From: Eledone cirrhosa
Lineage: Eukaryota
Reading direction: 5' to 3'
Length of the DNA: 64,000 nucleotides
NCBI GenBank assembly: GCA_964016885.1
Contig: OZ024749.1
Location: 46,500,001 to 46,564,000, forward strand
Made by a program: the position numbers and the translations under genes. Positions within the stretch are counted from its first letter, which is position 1; every line of letters begins with the position of its first letter. Positions 42,095-61,295 of the stretch are shown here, in pieces. The notes beneath the pieces are model-generated. The model had not been told where the DNA came from, made no database searches, and saw nothing but the letters and a program-made list of their open reading frames with translations.

Positions 42095-44332
42095 TTATAC
42101 TGAATTAACCTCGCTACACTAATTCAATGTTATTAAGGTGGCTTGTCTTATGTATTAGGTTGTCCGGCTCAAGATTATATGTTTTGATACATGTTTTGTG
42201 TTTCAGTGAGACAAACACCATGAAATATGGATATTTTATAGACATTTTGCTTTTCTGAGACTAACAAATGTTCACATAATTTACTCGAGGAAACAGCAAT
42301 ATGTTATAATTCCATGGTGCATTTTTGTCAACCCGAGGAGAATTGAAGTACCTCAATAGAATATAAAGTGTTTTTCTAGTAACAATATAATGAAATATAG
42401 AATCTAAATTCTGGAAGGTGATGTAATAACCATGTATTATCTAATGCTTTAATTGTCAAATGTATTTCGTTCCATCTCAATATAGCATATTGAAATAAAT
42501 ATATAATTATTTAATAGTGCTAAATCTGTAGTGTGAAATCTCATATAAGTTTTCAGAAAACTTTTCAAATAGTAGACAGTAAAATGAAATATATATATAT
42601 AAAATTGAAGTGCATGAATTATTATAATTTTGATTTAATAACTTTAGAAATATTTTCAAACTGTGCTAATTGAACCAACGTGACTAGCTTCACAATATAT
42701 CAAACATGACTACAGCAAATTATTATTTAGTTGGAAAATATATTACAAAAGAAAAAAAAGAAAATATTTTGTAAATTAAACTTTATTACAGACCAAACAA
42801 ACTATGATTAAATAGTGAAACGAATAAATATTCAAACGGTGATAGCCTCATTGTATATTTGTATCATTTATTTCCATTCGGGTGTCTAGCAACGACAACA
42901 ACCACAAAGATAATATCAACAACAGTTACAAAATCATCAGCAACAAGGTCATCATCAGCCACAACTACACTATCCATATCAGCAACAAAAATAACAAAAA
43001 CAATAATAATAATAATAACAATGGATGTAGGAAACCGCCATGGTGAATCAGTATTCAATTTTGATATGATAATTTTTTATGTTTGGAGACGAAAAATATA
43101 AATACATAGAAAACAGCAAACAAATAGATCTCCCTTTATTGTAATATATGCATGTCATGATCTATTTTACATAAAATATCTTTTATTCTAAATTGTTTAG
43201 TTTCCTATCATGTTAATAACAACTGATACGTTATTAAGAAATAAATTGAATAATCGGCTTATGTTTTGACGTTCGACGTAAAAGTTTGAATATTAGCGAT
43301 ATAATGCGACAGAAAATATATAGAAAGACAACTAATAATATTTTTAATAAGAATAAGATGAAAAGGGAGTTGTAAAATAGAATAAAAAAGTAAAACAAAC
43401 AGCAACAACAAAACCTATGTATCTCTTTCAAACATGAATTCATAATAAGTTATTATATATTTAAAACACTAACACACATTTATGAATATATGGATATTAT
43501 ATTTAGCAGGCAAATGAAGACCAATGTTAAAGGTATGTGTTTTGCATTTTTAACATATTTGCTGTTTCATTTTGGTTTTGTTTGCATTATTTCTTTTGTA
43601 TTTTAATATTAGTTCATTTCAAAATAAACGCTATTTATGTAATTCTTCTGTGTTATCTGTAACATACTCCCCACTTGTATAAATATATGATTATGTATAT
43701 GCGATTATCGTTATCTATAAACTAACATTAGGTGTAAAAAGAACTCAGTGACAATAGTAGAGAAAAAAAATTATCTTCGTCCCTAAAGTTTCATGCCTGA
43801 AGGAAATCTTCAAGCGAAGGTGGAACCTATAACAATGTACCGTATAGTACATGGCAGAGATGAAAAAAAAACCCCTGAAACATACTATAGTTGAAAAGTT
43901 TTCAGAAATTGGAAAAGTTCAAGATAATATACTTGGAGTTAACTATAAAACTAATATCCATTGTAAAAGCGGATGCCGACTGTCTGATGTAAGGTACAGT
44001 ATTCACTTAATTCGTATTATAGTTTAAATCTCAGTAATTTACTAGTATGGGATATACAGTTAACATGTTTCAATAAAATATGGATAGCCTCAAACATTCA
44101 AATTCATAAGAAGTTGAATAGTATTGACTTTATTTTGTGAATAACAGAGTAGCTTTGCTGCAAATGATAGTCAGCTGCGAACGCATATCCGTTGGAAATT
44201 ATAATTACAATAGATTCACCCCTGAAAATATCGGTGGCACCTCATGTATATATAAATATACAAATCCCTATGCTTCTTCTTCTCTCTCAAAATACGCAAA
44301 CACCACATGCACACACACACACATACACACAC

Positions 44333-44411
<79 letters not shown>

Positions 44412-44420
44412 GATATAAAT

Positions 44421-44461
<41 letters not shown>

Positions 44462-44641
44462 CATTGGTTGCACTGGATAATTGAATGAGAATTGGCTAAA
44501 TAAGCTGCAATGTGGAGGGAAACTTAATATTCCAGTCAACACAATATGTGTAATTAATTTGACTCTTTCAAGAATTGAATGTTTCAAAGCAACTCGTTGA
44601 TGTCATTCATATATAAACACACACTCAAAAATACGCTCAGA

Positions 44642-44705
<64 letters not shown>

Positions 44706-44858
44706 AATACATATACATATATATTTATAAATACGCATATATATATATATTTATATCTATATATCTATATACATACATATATGCTTATACATATATGTAT
44801 ATACAAACATATATTTATAAATACGCACACATGTATATATATCTTTATATACATATGC

Positions 44859-44894
<36 letters not shown>

Positions 44895-45341
44895 GCAGTA
44901 CATATGTGCATCTCTGTTCTGTCGTAATGCATAAATCATTTGGACGTGCGTACGCATGCAATAATACGTTATATCTCCTATAACACCCTTGGTACGTTAA
45001 CGCTATGTAATTACTCTTCATGTACATGTTTTCTTCTGGTGGCAATTCATGTTTGTTTGGAGAATATTACATTTTGAATAGCAACTCTAATTAGAGAAAT
45101 ATATATAGGTGTGATAATGTCACACTTCACTATTTTACATCAATACGCCTGCATTATAATAGCTATAACGAGGAAAATATTATGCGTCGTCATGCCATTT
45201 GGAATACAAATGATATATTTACATACTAATTATGTGTGGCCTTAATTAATATGTTATTTGTGTATGTATATCATTATCCATCTGCTATTTCCACTCACTT
45301 TCTTGTCATCCGTCTCCCTTTATGATACCTTTCAATCTATT

Positions 45342-45414
<73 letters not shown>

Positions 45415-45441
45415 TGACACATATATATATATATATATACT

Positions 45442-45480
<39 letters not shown>

Positions 45481-45482
45481 TG

Positions 45483-45519
<37 letters not shown>

Positions 45520-45553
45520 TGTAATATATATATATATATATATATACTGACAC

Positions 45554-45650
<97 letters not shown>

Positions 45651-46345
45651 TGTGTGTGTGTGTGGGGGGGGGGTGTACATGTATGTGTGTATAAGTGTGT
45701 GGCTTCAGGATAAGATTTACAAACAGTTATGATCATTTATCTCTGGATATTGATTTCATACACGTATGCATGCGAATCTATATATTTTCTGTTAAGCGAA
45801 CCCAGTTTCTATGGCGTTTTCGGAATGTGTTAAATTGAAAGGCATTTTGTCTCAATTTTAATCTTTTATATCGCTACTCTTTGAAATCCGAATTAAAAGA
45901 AGCTAAGATGACTTATTCCCCAAATTTGTTGCCCGACTGTCCTTTATTCCGTATGGGTTCAACATGCGTGTTTACTTTCAGAGAAATATAGGGAAAGAAC
46001 ATTCATATTTTTAAACAAACTAATAGATGCAAAACTTGAAGAATGCAATTTAGCATTTCTAACAACACCCCAAAATAAAATTCATTATATAAAGGTCATT
46101 CAAACAGTTCTCAAACCTCTCAAATATCTACAGCAGTACTCATAATCATGGCTCCAAAAGAAACATTAAACTACTTGCATTATTTTCAATATATCATAAG
46201 TCTTAAAAACAATAATATAATATTGACCATAAACGTATAATGTTTAAGTATAGAGGATTCATTGAGAATATTACAATTAATTGAAGTATATGAACTCTAT
46301 TTCCTTCCCTCTCTCATCCCCCATATATATATATAGATGTGTGTG

Positions 46346-46396
<51 letters not shown>

Positions 46397-46426
46397 TATA
46401 TATTTATGTCCGATTTATATATGTAT

Positions 46427-46528
<102 letters not shown>

Positions 46529-46626
46529 ATATATATATATATATACAAACATACATATATAAACTATATATATATATATACACACACATCTATATATATA
46601 TATATATATAGATGTGTGTGTATATA

Positions 46627-46658
<32 letters not shown>

Positions 46659-46696
46659 GTTTATATATTTATGTCCGATTTATATATGTATGTTTG

Positions 46697-46772
<76 letters not shown>

Positions 46773-47291
46773 TATATGCGTTTGTGACTTTGTATAAGTA
46801 CTACAAAGGAGACAAATGTGGTCAATAGCAAACAAAAAACACTTAAATCACTCCTTACTTATAATATATATATGTATATATATAACCTAAGGTTTCTTCT
46901 ACCAGAATGTACCAAATAAATATGATTAATATCTATCAATGATTCACACTTTCAACCCATTTACATATACAGCCACGGCGTGACTTAAGTACGTACTTAA
47001 ATACATTCTTAGTGTTTAGAATACATACAGCGACATTTCTCTATTTCCTTATTTCAAAGTTAATGTTTTATCCTACTGATATTACGCCGGATTTACTAGA
47101 TAATATGTTCTTCAGTGAACTCATTGCAAACAATAATGTCATTAAACTAAAACACAGAAGGTTATACGTATGGTCAGGACGGTTGAATGGAAATGGAATG
47201 GATGCTATACCTATTTATCTATCTATCTGTTTCTTTCTTTTTCTATCTCTTCTCCCCCTCTCTCCGTATTATTTTCTATCTCTCTCTATCA

Positions 47292-47408
<117 letters not shown>

Positions 47409-47444
47409 ATTTATATATATATACAAATTTTATATATATATATA

Positions 47445-48435
47445 TTTCGTTTCTGAATTTGTTTAGCAAGATACTTTATCTGAAAACGTGTGTTTAAATC
47501 GATATTGTTATACTTTGGGAGGGTCATGTTGCTAATAAGAAACACACGCACCAGATATTTCACTTCAATTTATTATAAATTAAATTCATAAATTTAGGAA
47601 TTTATAAATTTCCGGTTGGTTGGTTGGTTGGTTGGTTCCACAACCAGACGATTGTTCATATATTGTCAAAGTTCTTTATTCACACTTTCTGTGACCTCTT
47701 CAGTGACTGGGTTTCTTTTCTTTGTTTCTGTGCCTCTCCTTTGTTCTGTCCTACGCCATCTTGTTTTTATGTGTGTTGTGTGCTTAGTTTCCGCATGTGT
47801 TACACCCGGGTGTCTGTGTGTGCTTATATGTGTTTATTTATTTGTTTATTTACATGTTACTGGTTAGTTGTTTGTTCTATGTGTTTGTGTGTTTTCATTT
47901 TGTCCTTAATTGTAAGTTGTGATGTTTCTGTTCCATTCAACTTTTCTATTTAATTTTGGTTGGAGTTCATTTATGAATCAACTCCAACCAAAATTAAATA
48001 GAAAACATGAATGGAACAGCAACATCACAACTTACAATTAAGGACAACATGAAAACACACACATAGAACAAACAACCAACCAGTAACCTGTAAATAAACA
48101 AATAAATAAACAAATATAAACACACACAGACGCCCGGATGTAACAGATGCGCAAACTAAGCACACACCACACACACAAACAAGATGGCGTAGGACAGAAC
48201 AAAGAAGAGGCACAAAAACAAAGAAAATAATCCCCAGTCACTGAAGAGGTCACAGAATATGTGACGAAAGAACTTTGACAATATATGAACAATCGTCTGG
48301 TTGCGGAACCAACCAACCAACCAACCGGAAATTTATAAATTCCAAAATTTATAAATTTAATTTATAATAAATTGAAGTGAAAGCTTCTGGTGCGTGTGTT
48401 TCTTATTGGCATCATGACCCTCCCAAAGTATAACA

Positions 48436-48439
<4 letters not shown>
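47445..48439. mobile_element. Large fold-back element family D (~465-bp arms) in (TA)n
   Basis: Leader 47445-47501; arm 47502-47967 is inverted at ~47979-48439; centre ttggagtt-catttatgaatc-aactccaa. Confidence 0.85.
48237..48279 (+). ncRNA. Hammerhead-like motif (CUGAAGA variant)
   Basis: gtca-CTGAAGA-g-gtcaca[gaata]tgtgac-GAAA-g[aa]c-TT-tgac, with a minimal helix III. The minus-strand copy at 47665-47707 has a mutated GAAA. Confidence 0.5.
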
Positions 48440-48522
<83 letters not shown>

Positions 48523-48902
48523 TATATCATCTCCGATGATCTGGTTAGCTAACGACGTAATTAATTGAATGGCACTGCTTCAAGTGTTTTAGACAACTTA
48601 ATCAGTGAAACAATTGTTAATACTGTAAATAAAACCCTTTTTTGTACTGTTGACCATGTCATTCTTCACTTTTCCAATATTATATATATATATATATATA
48701 TATGACCAAAGATTAATAATATATTCATTGATTACTCAATGAATATAGTTTTACAATAGATTAAAAGCACTCTACAAGGGGTTTTCTGGAGTTATTAACG
48801 TTATTCAGAATATTAATAAATGAAGACATTCACATAATCAAAATATCTGTTTTATTATATATATTTAGAAGTTACTGTGCTGTTTTTTTCAGTACGTCCT
48901 CG

Positions 48903-48940
<38 letters not shown>

Positions 48941-49668
48941 GTAGTTCGATCTCAGAATAACTTCGTACCGACACACTAGTCAGACGATGATTACCAATGG
49001 TACGTAACATTAGTCAACTAGACCGGACCAAAATTTACATCTTTACAAAGAGTGCATCATTTTTCAATTGATGTTACTGGATTTCCAAATTGCAAGTAGA
49101 CAGAATACAATAGCTTTGGCCAGCTGTGTGTATTAGTTAAACTATTATCGCTACCTATTATCACCATATGTTATTTTTGCTTCCTTTCAGAAAGAAATTA
49201 TTTACGAAACTCAAGAGATTAGGGAAATAATAAATGAGTTTAGGCAGTGCAATTGCTCTATGAAGTACGATACAAGAAACGTATACAATTGTAAATGACA
49301 ATGTTATTAAGTCTCTTCCCATTTATGTATTTATTTATCGGTGAGAGATCGAGAGAGATGGGATTTGAAGCAACATTCCACAACTAATTTTCACCCCCTA
49401 AAGTCTTTTAAATTATGAAAACTATTCTTTTACAAAATATTTTCACTTACATCAAATATCATCATTTCCCCTCATCTTTCTTTCTATCTATTAATATCCT
49501 ATGTTCACATGCACAAAGCACACCAGGATTAACATATCTCCCTGGTGGGACATATCGCTCTTTGCAACTATGTTTCATACTGCAAAACTACGTATTTTCA
49601 AAAACTTAATAGAAACATATGTCTAACGACATGATGTAAAATGAAGCAAATAATATGTTTACAAAACA

Positions 49669-49839
49669 CGAACAGGTACATACAAAGCACGCAAACACAA
49701 ATAATCACATATATTTATATGCCTGGGCCAATGAGCACTAAATTAGAATTAAATTCCCATTCTTCATCCAAAGATCTGCCCTCATATATCAGACCAGTCT
49801 AATTTTCGTCCATACAAATTGCCTCTAGATCTCCAGAGA
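49669..49839 (+). repeat. 171-bp direct repeat, copy 1
   Basis: Nearly identical to 52633-52803. Confidence 0.9.
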
Positions 49840-51554
49840 ACAAACCATACTGCAAAAGCATCTAAAGTTATAAAAGATTAACTCTAGAATCGATATCTCA
49901 AATTGGTCCGCTAAATTGTAAAACAAAAAGATAATCTGCAAATATTTCTTCGTTTTAGGATCAAGAAATATTATATAGCGGTTTATAAAGAAAGCTTAAA
50001 CGTAACATAAGAATTCATATACGTATTAATTTTAAGCCCTATAAAATAGCAAGGAACTAGAGATGTTTCAAATTTAAGAACACAAGAGAACTAAACTCAG
50101 AAAATAATTCTAATAGCTTTCGATATATATAATCGTTGAAAGGATCTGGTAAATTGTACTTAGAAAAGGGAAGGTTGTATTGAAACACATTCTGTCCAAA
50201 TCCTTCCATCTCTACCCATAATTTATTCAATTTTATCAGCTTTTATTCATAGTGATCGACTATCATTACATATATATCCGCATTTGGTTCGCACAGTTGC
50301 AAAGTTCTATTTTGTTTGCATTAAAATGCTCTACAATGTCAAAATGAAGAATTATAATTCAAAGTTCAAGCTTGAGAATGCCATGAATAATGTCATGAAG
50401 AAAACGTAAATGTTACAGAGAAAACAATGTAAACACTCAACAGCCTCACATAATAGGGGAATATACTACTGAAACTTTATAAGTACTGTAAATATTACTT
50501 AGTGAGACGGCGATATCACACTTCACCTACTTGGTGAAAATATTACTGAAACATTAGAATAGCTTTTCTACAGACTGGATATAGTGTAATTACCAAAAAA
50601 ACGTCAATCACTAAACCAAATGAATATAATTCTTTAACACTGCGGTACAGATTTCCCGCCAAGCTCTCTTCACTATTACACTACAAGAAAGCAATATAAA
50701 TATATATATATAGATATATTTTTTATTGTCTATAATTATATTATGTTTACTCGTTTATGTTTTATAAGTATTTTTGTAGATGTCTGGGTTCCCTAAAGTT
50801 TCAATGATTTTACTGAAGGGTAGATTGTCTAAAAAAATTGGAGATATTTTAGACTACTGAAATAATAATGACATATCATAAATAATTATACATTCGGAGT
50901 CATAGATGAGTATGGTAATAATAGCCTACGGAAATAATTATCAGAATGCCATAACTAACTATATTGTATTCATATTGACGCATGCCTACTTCCCACTTGA
51001 TTATACAGAATAGTACCACACTGATACATGCCACCAGTAGCCTACTTAGTATGGCGTCTATCAATGTATCTCATTAGTTTGCATTAATATAATAAATTGT
51101 ATGCAAATGAGATTTGAAAGGTATTTCAATGAAGACGTTTGATTTAATTAGACTATAGCAAATTAATAATGTGGTGAAGACTCAAGAACAACGACAACAG
51201 AGAAACAAACAACAATATGAGGACAAACACAAACAAAACATCAAGCAATTGTAACTATATTACTATCAATGCAAATTAACGATATAGTATGATAATGAAA
51301 ATTTTTATGACTAGACAAGCTTTTGTTTGTTGAAATCACGCGATCTCCCTATATCTCTGCTTCACACTTTCTCTCTCATCTCCTTCAAAACCCATCTTTG
51401 TCTCTCTGTAACACTTTCCCATGTCTCTTCCTTCCCAATTTCTCTCTCTCTCTCTCTTTCTGACTCTGTGTAGATTATAAATATATATATATATATATAC
51501 ACGCACACACGCACACACACATACACACACATATATATATATATAGATATATAT

Positions 51555-51588
<34 letters not shown>

Positions 51589-51589
51589 A

Positions 51590-51714
<125 letters not shown>

Positions 51715-51847
51715 CGTGTATTGCCTGTGTGAGTGTGTGTGTGTAGGTAAGAAACATCGTATGCTTGTGAATACGTGTACGCACAATATCTAGCGTGTGT
51801 CCAGTATATCACAATAATCTTTATTGCCGAGTGTCCATTATTAGTTC

Positions 51848-52032
51848 GGTAGATTGGAAGTATCGGTAGAGGGTCGGACGCCATGCTTTGACGCATAGAG
51901 TTACGGCCCTTGTCATTCTGAGTTCAAATCCCGCCGAGGTTAACTTTACATTTCACCCTTAGGGGGTCGATAAAACAAAGTATCAGTAATACACTGGATA
52001 TTTGCTGGCCTGGTGCCAACAGTAGAAACACT
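51848..52032 (+). mobile_element. SINE family 1
   Basis: Full-length match to the other copies. Confidence 0.85.
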
Positions 52033-52632
52033 TATTAGTTCATTTTTAAATATTTCTAAATATATGTGCTCCTATGTGAGCTTGTGAGTGTGTTTAAATG
52101 TGTATACGTTATGTGGTTGATAGAATCTAGAGAATAATCCTACTATATTATTCTATACGAGTGACCTCAATTAGAAGCCTGCTATTGAAACTTTAATCTA
52201 GGCTAAAAATCTCAATGTTGATATAAAAAAGAAAACACAGCCTGATTGGAGAGGGCGAATAGGAAAGATAGAGATGCGGTGCGAAAATACGTTACAAAGA
52301 AGCAAAAGTATTGAGCAGATCCGAAGATGAGAACCTGTGTATGGTTGAGGATACAGGAAGAGCGATATATATATATATAAAGATAGAGTGATTGACAGAT
52401 AGATAGGGAGAGAGTGAGAAATAATAAAAGGGAGTGAGAGAAGGGAGATTTAATGGATAGAGCTGAATGTTAGTTTGAGAGTGTTTGTGTTTGTGAGGGC
52501 GTGGATGATGTGGTGTGCTTAATTGAAATGGTGATCTATTGATTGGAAAATACGACGAGGTTCACATAAATATATAAGTAAATATGAATGTTTGATTAAT
52601 CAATTTTATCCACGCCAATTCATCCCTACACC

Positions 52633-52803
52633 CGAACAGGTACATACAAAGCACGCAAACACAAATAATCACATATATTTATATGCCTGGGCCAATGAGC
52701 ACTAAATTAGAATTAAATTCCCATTCTTCATCCAAAGACCTGCCCTCATATATCAGGCGAGTCTAATTTTCGTCCATACAAATTGCCTCTAGATCTCCAG
52801 AGA
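52633..52803 (+). repeat. 171-bp direct repeat, copy 2
   Basis: Nearly identical to 49669-49839. Confidence 0.9.
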
Positions 52804-53898
52804 CCAATAATTTTCCTTTGTAATGAGATCAGCATTCCTGAATAAACGACAATTCTGTTTCCATTATTTTTATTTTATAATTAGGAAACAAAGGACACGT
52901 AATAACGAGGGACCCATTCTAGAATTTAAAGACATGTGGAAAGAAGAGCTGTTAATATTATTAGACAGGGAGCATGGAAACAATGTTTGATTCAATGGAA
53001 GCTGGTGTTCAATCTAGACTATCATCCTGGAACGATGAATTTTCACAGGTTCTATTTACGAAGGGTATCTCAGAAGGCATCAGTCGATCACTGATCTTGC
53101 TGGTGAGGGTCAACAACGTGAATTAACTCAGAACAATTAATTCTTAAAGTGAAAACTTTAACAGATGTGCTTTCAGTAATTGCGAGCATTGCTCCACAAG
53201 ACGGATACATATATACAGTCAACCTTTTTATCTACGAGTAGATATACGCCTCATTCGTTATTTATGTTCATATTTAGATAAGCATTTATCGAACTGGCCG
53301 ATGTAAAGTTGTTCTATCTGTTTTAAATCATTCGCTGTATCATCCTGTGTTGATCATGTTATAGCTCCTGTATATAAGAAGCTCAGCTTCATACGAGTCA
53401 TCATATATTAGTCAAATAGCCGGCCAACAGGGAGATATTGTGTTCCAGATTGGGGACAACATTCAGATTTAGTACTCTGATACACCTTCGATCTCATTAG
53501 CAATCTGGATATGTTCTATTCTCTCCCATGCCACAAAACGCTGCTCCTGTTTACTTGTTGCTGTTTAATCATAGATCAGAGATGAAGCCTCGAATAAAGG
53601 CCTGGCATCATCTTCCACAGTAATCCGACGGTACTACCGTAAAACAAATATTTTTTTTTATCTCAAGTATCTTTGAGGTTTCATCTTAAACAGTAACTAC
53701 CAATATCAAATATTATTACCATTCTTTAATTTATATTGAGTGTATGTTTCAGTCCATATTTAGTCAAATTATGTATACAAAGACACCAGTGTACAAACTC
53801 ACACAGGCATAAATGTACGTTTATATACGACGACTCTCATACATACACACACATATACAAATAAACGCCTATATACACATTTAGACATACATACATAC

Positions 53899-54001
<103 letters not shown>

Positions 54002-54362
54002 GGAATGGAATGAAACGAAATTTCATTTCTCACTCTTAGTACGGCACTTACTTAAATGTAAGTATGCATGTATGTATACGTACATACATATATGTATACA
54101 GACGTACATTAGTATGTATATATATACATGCACACATATATATATATATATATGCACGTATCGGTTAACCGAACATTTATTATAATGCTCGGTTTGTTTG
54201 TTTGTTTACAAACAAACAAACCGAGCATTATAATAAATGTTCGGTAAACTGATACGTGCATATATATATGTGTGCATGTATGTATATATATATATATACA
54301 TACTACTGTACGTCTATATACATATATGTATGTACGTATACATACACGCATACTTACATTTA
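54002..54362. mobile_element. Fold-back mini-element family E, second copy without spacer
   Basis: Same leader as 26955; arms 54053-54204 and 54208-54362. Confidence 0.72.
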
Positions 54363-54373
54363 TATATATATAA

Positions 54374-54479
<106 letters not shown>

Positions 54480-54523
54480 GTATACATATATATATATATA
54501 TATATATACATACATATATATGT

Positions 54524-54593
<70 letters not shown>

Positions 54594-54637
54594 GTATACA
54601 TATATATATATATATATATATACATACATATATATGT

Positions 54638-54734
<97 letters not shown>

Positions 54735-55086
54735 AATATATATATATATATATATATATATGAGCATGCACAAATGTTTACTTGTTTTTTTCTGAAACAT
54801 TTTATGATTTTAGCGCCAGAGGATTATACTATATTAATATAAAAGTTTATATTTCGGTAAATATTTATATGCACTTCCCTAGGAATATAAATCAATAGAT
54901 AAAAACTGAAGATAATATCTATTTATATAGGGAAGAAATAAAACGTTTGAGGAAAATATAATTTTTTCACGCAAAATATTATCCCATTTAATCACAGACT
55001 ACAGTCACGCGGACGCACACACAAACACACTCATATATATTTCACAGACATACATCCATCTATATACAGTGTGTATATATATACTG

Positions 55087-55134
<48 letters not shown>

Positions 55135-55156
55135 TGTAAAAGTAAAAAAATACATT

Positions 55157-55325
<169 letters not shown>

Positions 55326-55860
55326 ATTATATATATATATATAATATATATAGATACTTATATATATATAGTTAGGAAGAGTGAGAGAGAACGAGAGTCA
55401 ATGAAAGACAGTTAGAGATTGTACGTGTGAAAAAGAGAGAGTTAGAGATAATCCACTTCTCAAATCATAACACACAATAGCGTAAGACATGAGAAATCGG
55501 AGCCTATAACCATAAAGTATGGGACAAAAATAAAATGAAAATGACAGGAAAGATGTATATAAATGCTTGTATCCAGACAAGTATTTCTACAAAGTTAAAT
55601 ATTAAATATAATATTTTTAGTTGAAAATACGCAAATACAAAAACTATCATGCTCTTAAAGTAGCCTGACATATATTCATAGAACATGTACTGAGCTAGCA
55701 TATGAAAATTTAGATGAAAATATGAAGTAATCATACCCACACGAACAAACATTTGTACATGGAAAATGAGTTGAAGAATATTAACACGCCAAACTCTGAA
55801 GATATTTCTAATATATATGTATGTGTGAATATTATATATTTCTCTCTCCCTATCTCTCTC

Positions 55861-55931
<71 letters not shown>

Positions 55932-55989
55932 ACTCGCATTTACTTATACACATGTATGCAAATGCGCAGCCACTTTACAGACACACATA

Positions 55990-56027
<38 letters not shown>

Positions 56028-56412
56028 AATAAATAAATATATATGAGACAGGTTCATATATTACAAATGTAACTTATATTACAGGCTTCTGGTTATTACG
56101 TGTAAATTGCATCACTGTTTTCTTATTAGTTCATGTTGAAACCACTGAGCTCGTTTGAACTACCACTGCAGAATCAAAAATTCGTATTTTATTAACGCCA
56201 ACACCAATGTTCAATTACCGAAGTATTATTGCCAATAGAAATTATTTATCACCAAATAGAGTTATCGTAAACATCGCTAAATCAAGTCAAAATATATATT
56301 ATTCACGCTACAACTTTAACCATGTGTATACCGAAGAGATTTTGTTAATCTGTTGAAAGACGTATCGAGTAGACGATCATATGTTTAAGGTGTATTATGT
56401 TTAATATCGAAG

Positions 56413-56600
56413 GGCGGTGGATTGGCAGTATCGGTAGAAGGTCGGATGCATGATTTGCAGCAAAGAATTACAGCCCTTCATGATCTGATTTCAAATCCCG
56501 CCAAGGTTACCTTTGCCTTTCATCCTTACGGGGTCGATAACATAAAGTACCAGTAATGCACTGGTTATTTTATGGCCTTGTGGCCAAAATAGAAACAATC
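56413..56600 (+). mobile_element. SINE family 1 with 16-bp target-site duplication
   Basis: atgttta(a/t)tatcgaag at 56397-56412 and 56601-56616. Confidence 0.85.
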
Positions 56601-57297
56601 ATGTTTATTATCGAAGAGAAAATTATCACTCTGTTTCTTTCAAATGAGTTTATTCATAATGTTTTCAAATTAAACCTGCTCCTCTCTTACAGATGAAGAA
56701 CGTTTTTATATAACTGAAACATTGCTTTAAGGAATATAGAAACTAATTCAATTAGTTCCCCAAATATTTCCATATGGATAGTTACCATTTCTTAAGAAAG
56801 TATTATCGGATATCTTTGTAACAATTATATACACACAGAGAGAGTCAGTGATCCAGATGATTAAAGACCACGACCGAAATTGCAATACTATGATCAGAAA
56901 AATTCTTACTTACTCTCTGTTTTTACATAGATATGAAAATTATATATTATCTCCTAAAAAAAGAAGACTTCAGCGAATTCTAAGGATGATTTGACGATAG
57001 ACAATCACATTCGAAATTGGATTCCGTTTCGCTCTGTGGCGTTTGAGAACGGCGATTTAACCAGAAGCCATATTTTTAAAAACAATCATGCAAACACAAA
57101 TCACTTGCACGTATGATATTAACCAATGTTACAATATCTAAGCAACTATGTATGTATAGACCTTTGTAAATTTGTAGCAATATATGTATGTATACATGCC
57201 TGTGTTTATATGCCTGTACACACAAACTCTCCCTCTCTTACACACGCACAGACACACATAGTTATATATATATGCTAAAATATATATGTATACGCTA

Positions 57298-57376
<79 letters not shown>

Positions 57377-57631
57377 GAGGTTATATTTAATTTGTTGGGA
57401 TTCGACAATCGTAAACATTCTTATTATAACTGATATAAAGCACTCAACAAATTAATGGAGTAAATACACAATATATTAATAAATGGAAACTATATTTATA
57501 AAACCATATTTATTTTATAATATATATTTCAAAGGCAACCAAGGCAAATTATGGTGCGCTTTCATCAGATTAAATACAGATTTGTTTCATAAATAAATAT
57601 TGACAACCCCGGAAAAAAGACAGCCTTAACG

Positions 57632-57666
57632 GTTGGAGCTTCCTGGGTAGTCCAGGAAGCTCCAAC
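57632..57666. repeat. 15-bp-arm hairpin abutting (TA)n
   Basis: gttggagcttcctgg-gtagt-ccaggaagctccaac. Confidence 0.6.
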
Positions 57667-57963
57667 ATATATATATATAAATAGACACGGGTGGTATGAT
57701 TGTGTACAGAAGATTATATTAATAAAAGGAATTCCACCTTGCAATTTTGAAAATTGCAAACTTGAATGTCACCACTGAAGATTACGAAAGCATGAAAGTA
57801 CTTGTTCAATTAACATTTAACATTTAATATTCTAGCAATCTTTTTCATTATAATATGATTATAATTTTAAAGGATTGTAAATAAAACGAGTAAATCAGAC
57901 AAAGTTGGAATTCGTTTTATTAATATATATATATATATACATTAATGTATATATAAACACACA

Positions 57964-58154
<191 letters not shown>

Positions 58155-58472
58155 ATACTGCTGAAATATATATAACACCAACATATTTAATAAAGAAAAG
58201 AAGAAAAAGGTTATAAACATTTCGACAATTCTCTTTAAAATTTGGTGATATATATTACATTGAAAGATATCAGCAACCATTAAACGGAGACATGAACAAT
58301 TTCGTTAGACTTTTTTATACAGTTTCGTACATATTTTGGAGGCTGCTGTCTTGAATTTTTACAAAAACAGCAATATTTTTCTATTATGATAATTCTTTTT
58401 ATCGATTTCTACTGTTATGCTCCTGACTTCAGTGAATTTACAATGCTAATAAAATATCAAATTGTATACAAA

Positions 58473-60580
<2,108 letters not shown>

Positions 60581-61131
60581 CAACCCCAAAGCCATTGTAT
60601 ATGAGGCGAAAGTGACAACCACCGCAAACAACCTACCAGCCACCAGCGAACGATATGTGGGTATTACACAACACCAATTCATAACGTGTTACTACTCACA
60701 TGTAGCATCCTGAAATAAGATTTACAACAGCTCTGGCTAGCAGAATATGGGATTAGAAGGATCAAGGTATCCAATATGAATTACATTGGTCAATTTTGAA
60801 CCAATCTAAAGAATATTCAAGATTGACAAGAAGATGCACACTCTGCATAAGTGAAACATACTGGATTTTAAAGAACCTTAAATCACCAAAAACCTGTTTA
60901 AATGCAAAAACAGACATGTTCACCAGTTGCGCAGACATGAAATCACACTTGCTTTTCAGCTCATATAAACTTAATCCACTCTCAGGCACTTATCCTCCAT
61001 AAACCCTTGTTATTCACTTTCCTTAACTTACTTTATTTACAGATTTATCTATCAATTTCACTTATCTTTTATTTTTTATTTTTATTTTCATTTTTATTTT
61101 TACTTCATATGTAAATATATATAAATATATG

Positions 61132-61295
<164 letters not shown>

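Noticed and set aside
56413-56500. SINE heads as real tRNA genes
   Set aside because: A and B boxes are present but there is no convincing cloverleaf, and they are always fused to the same SINE body.
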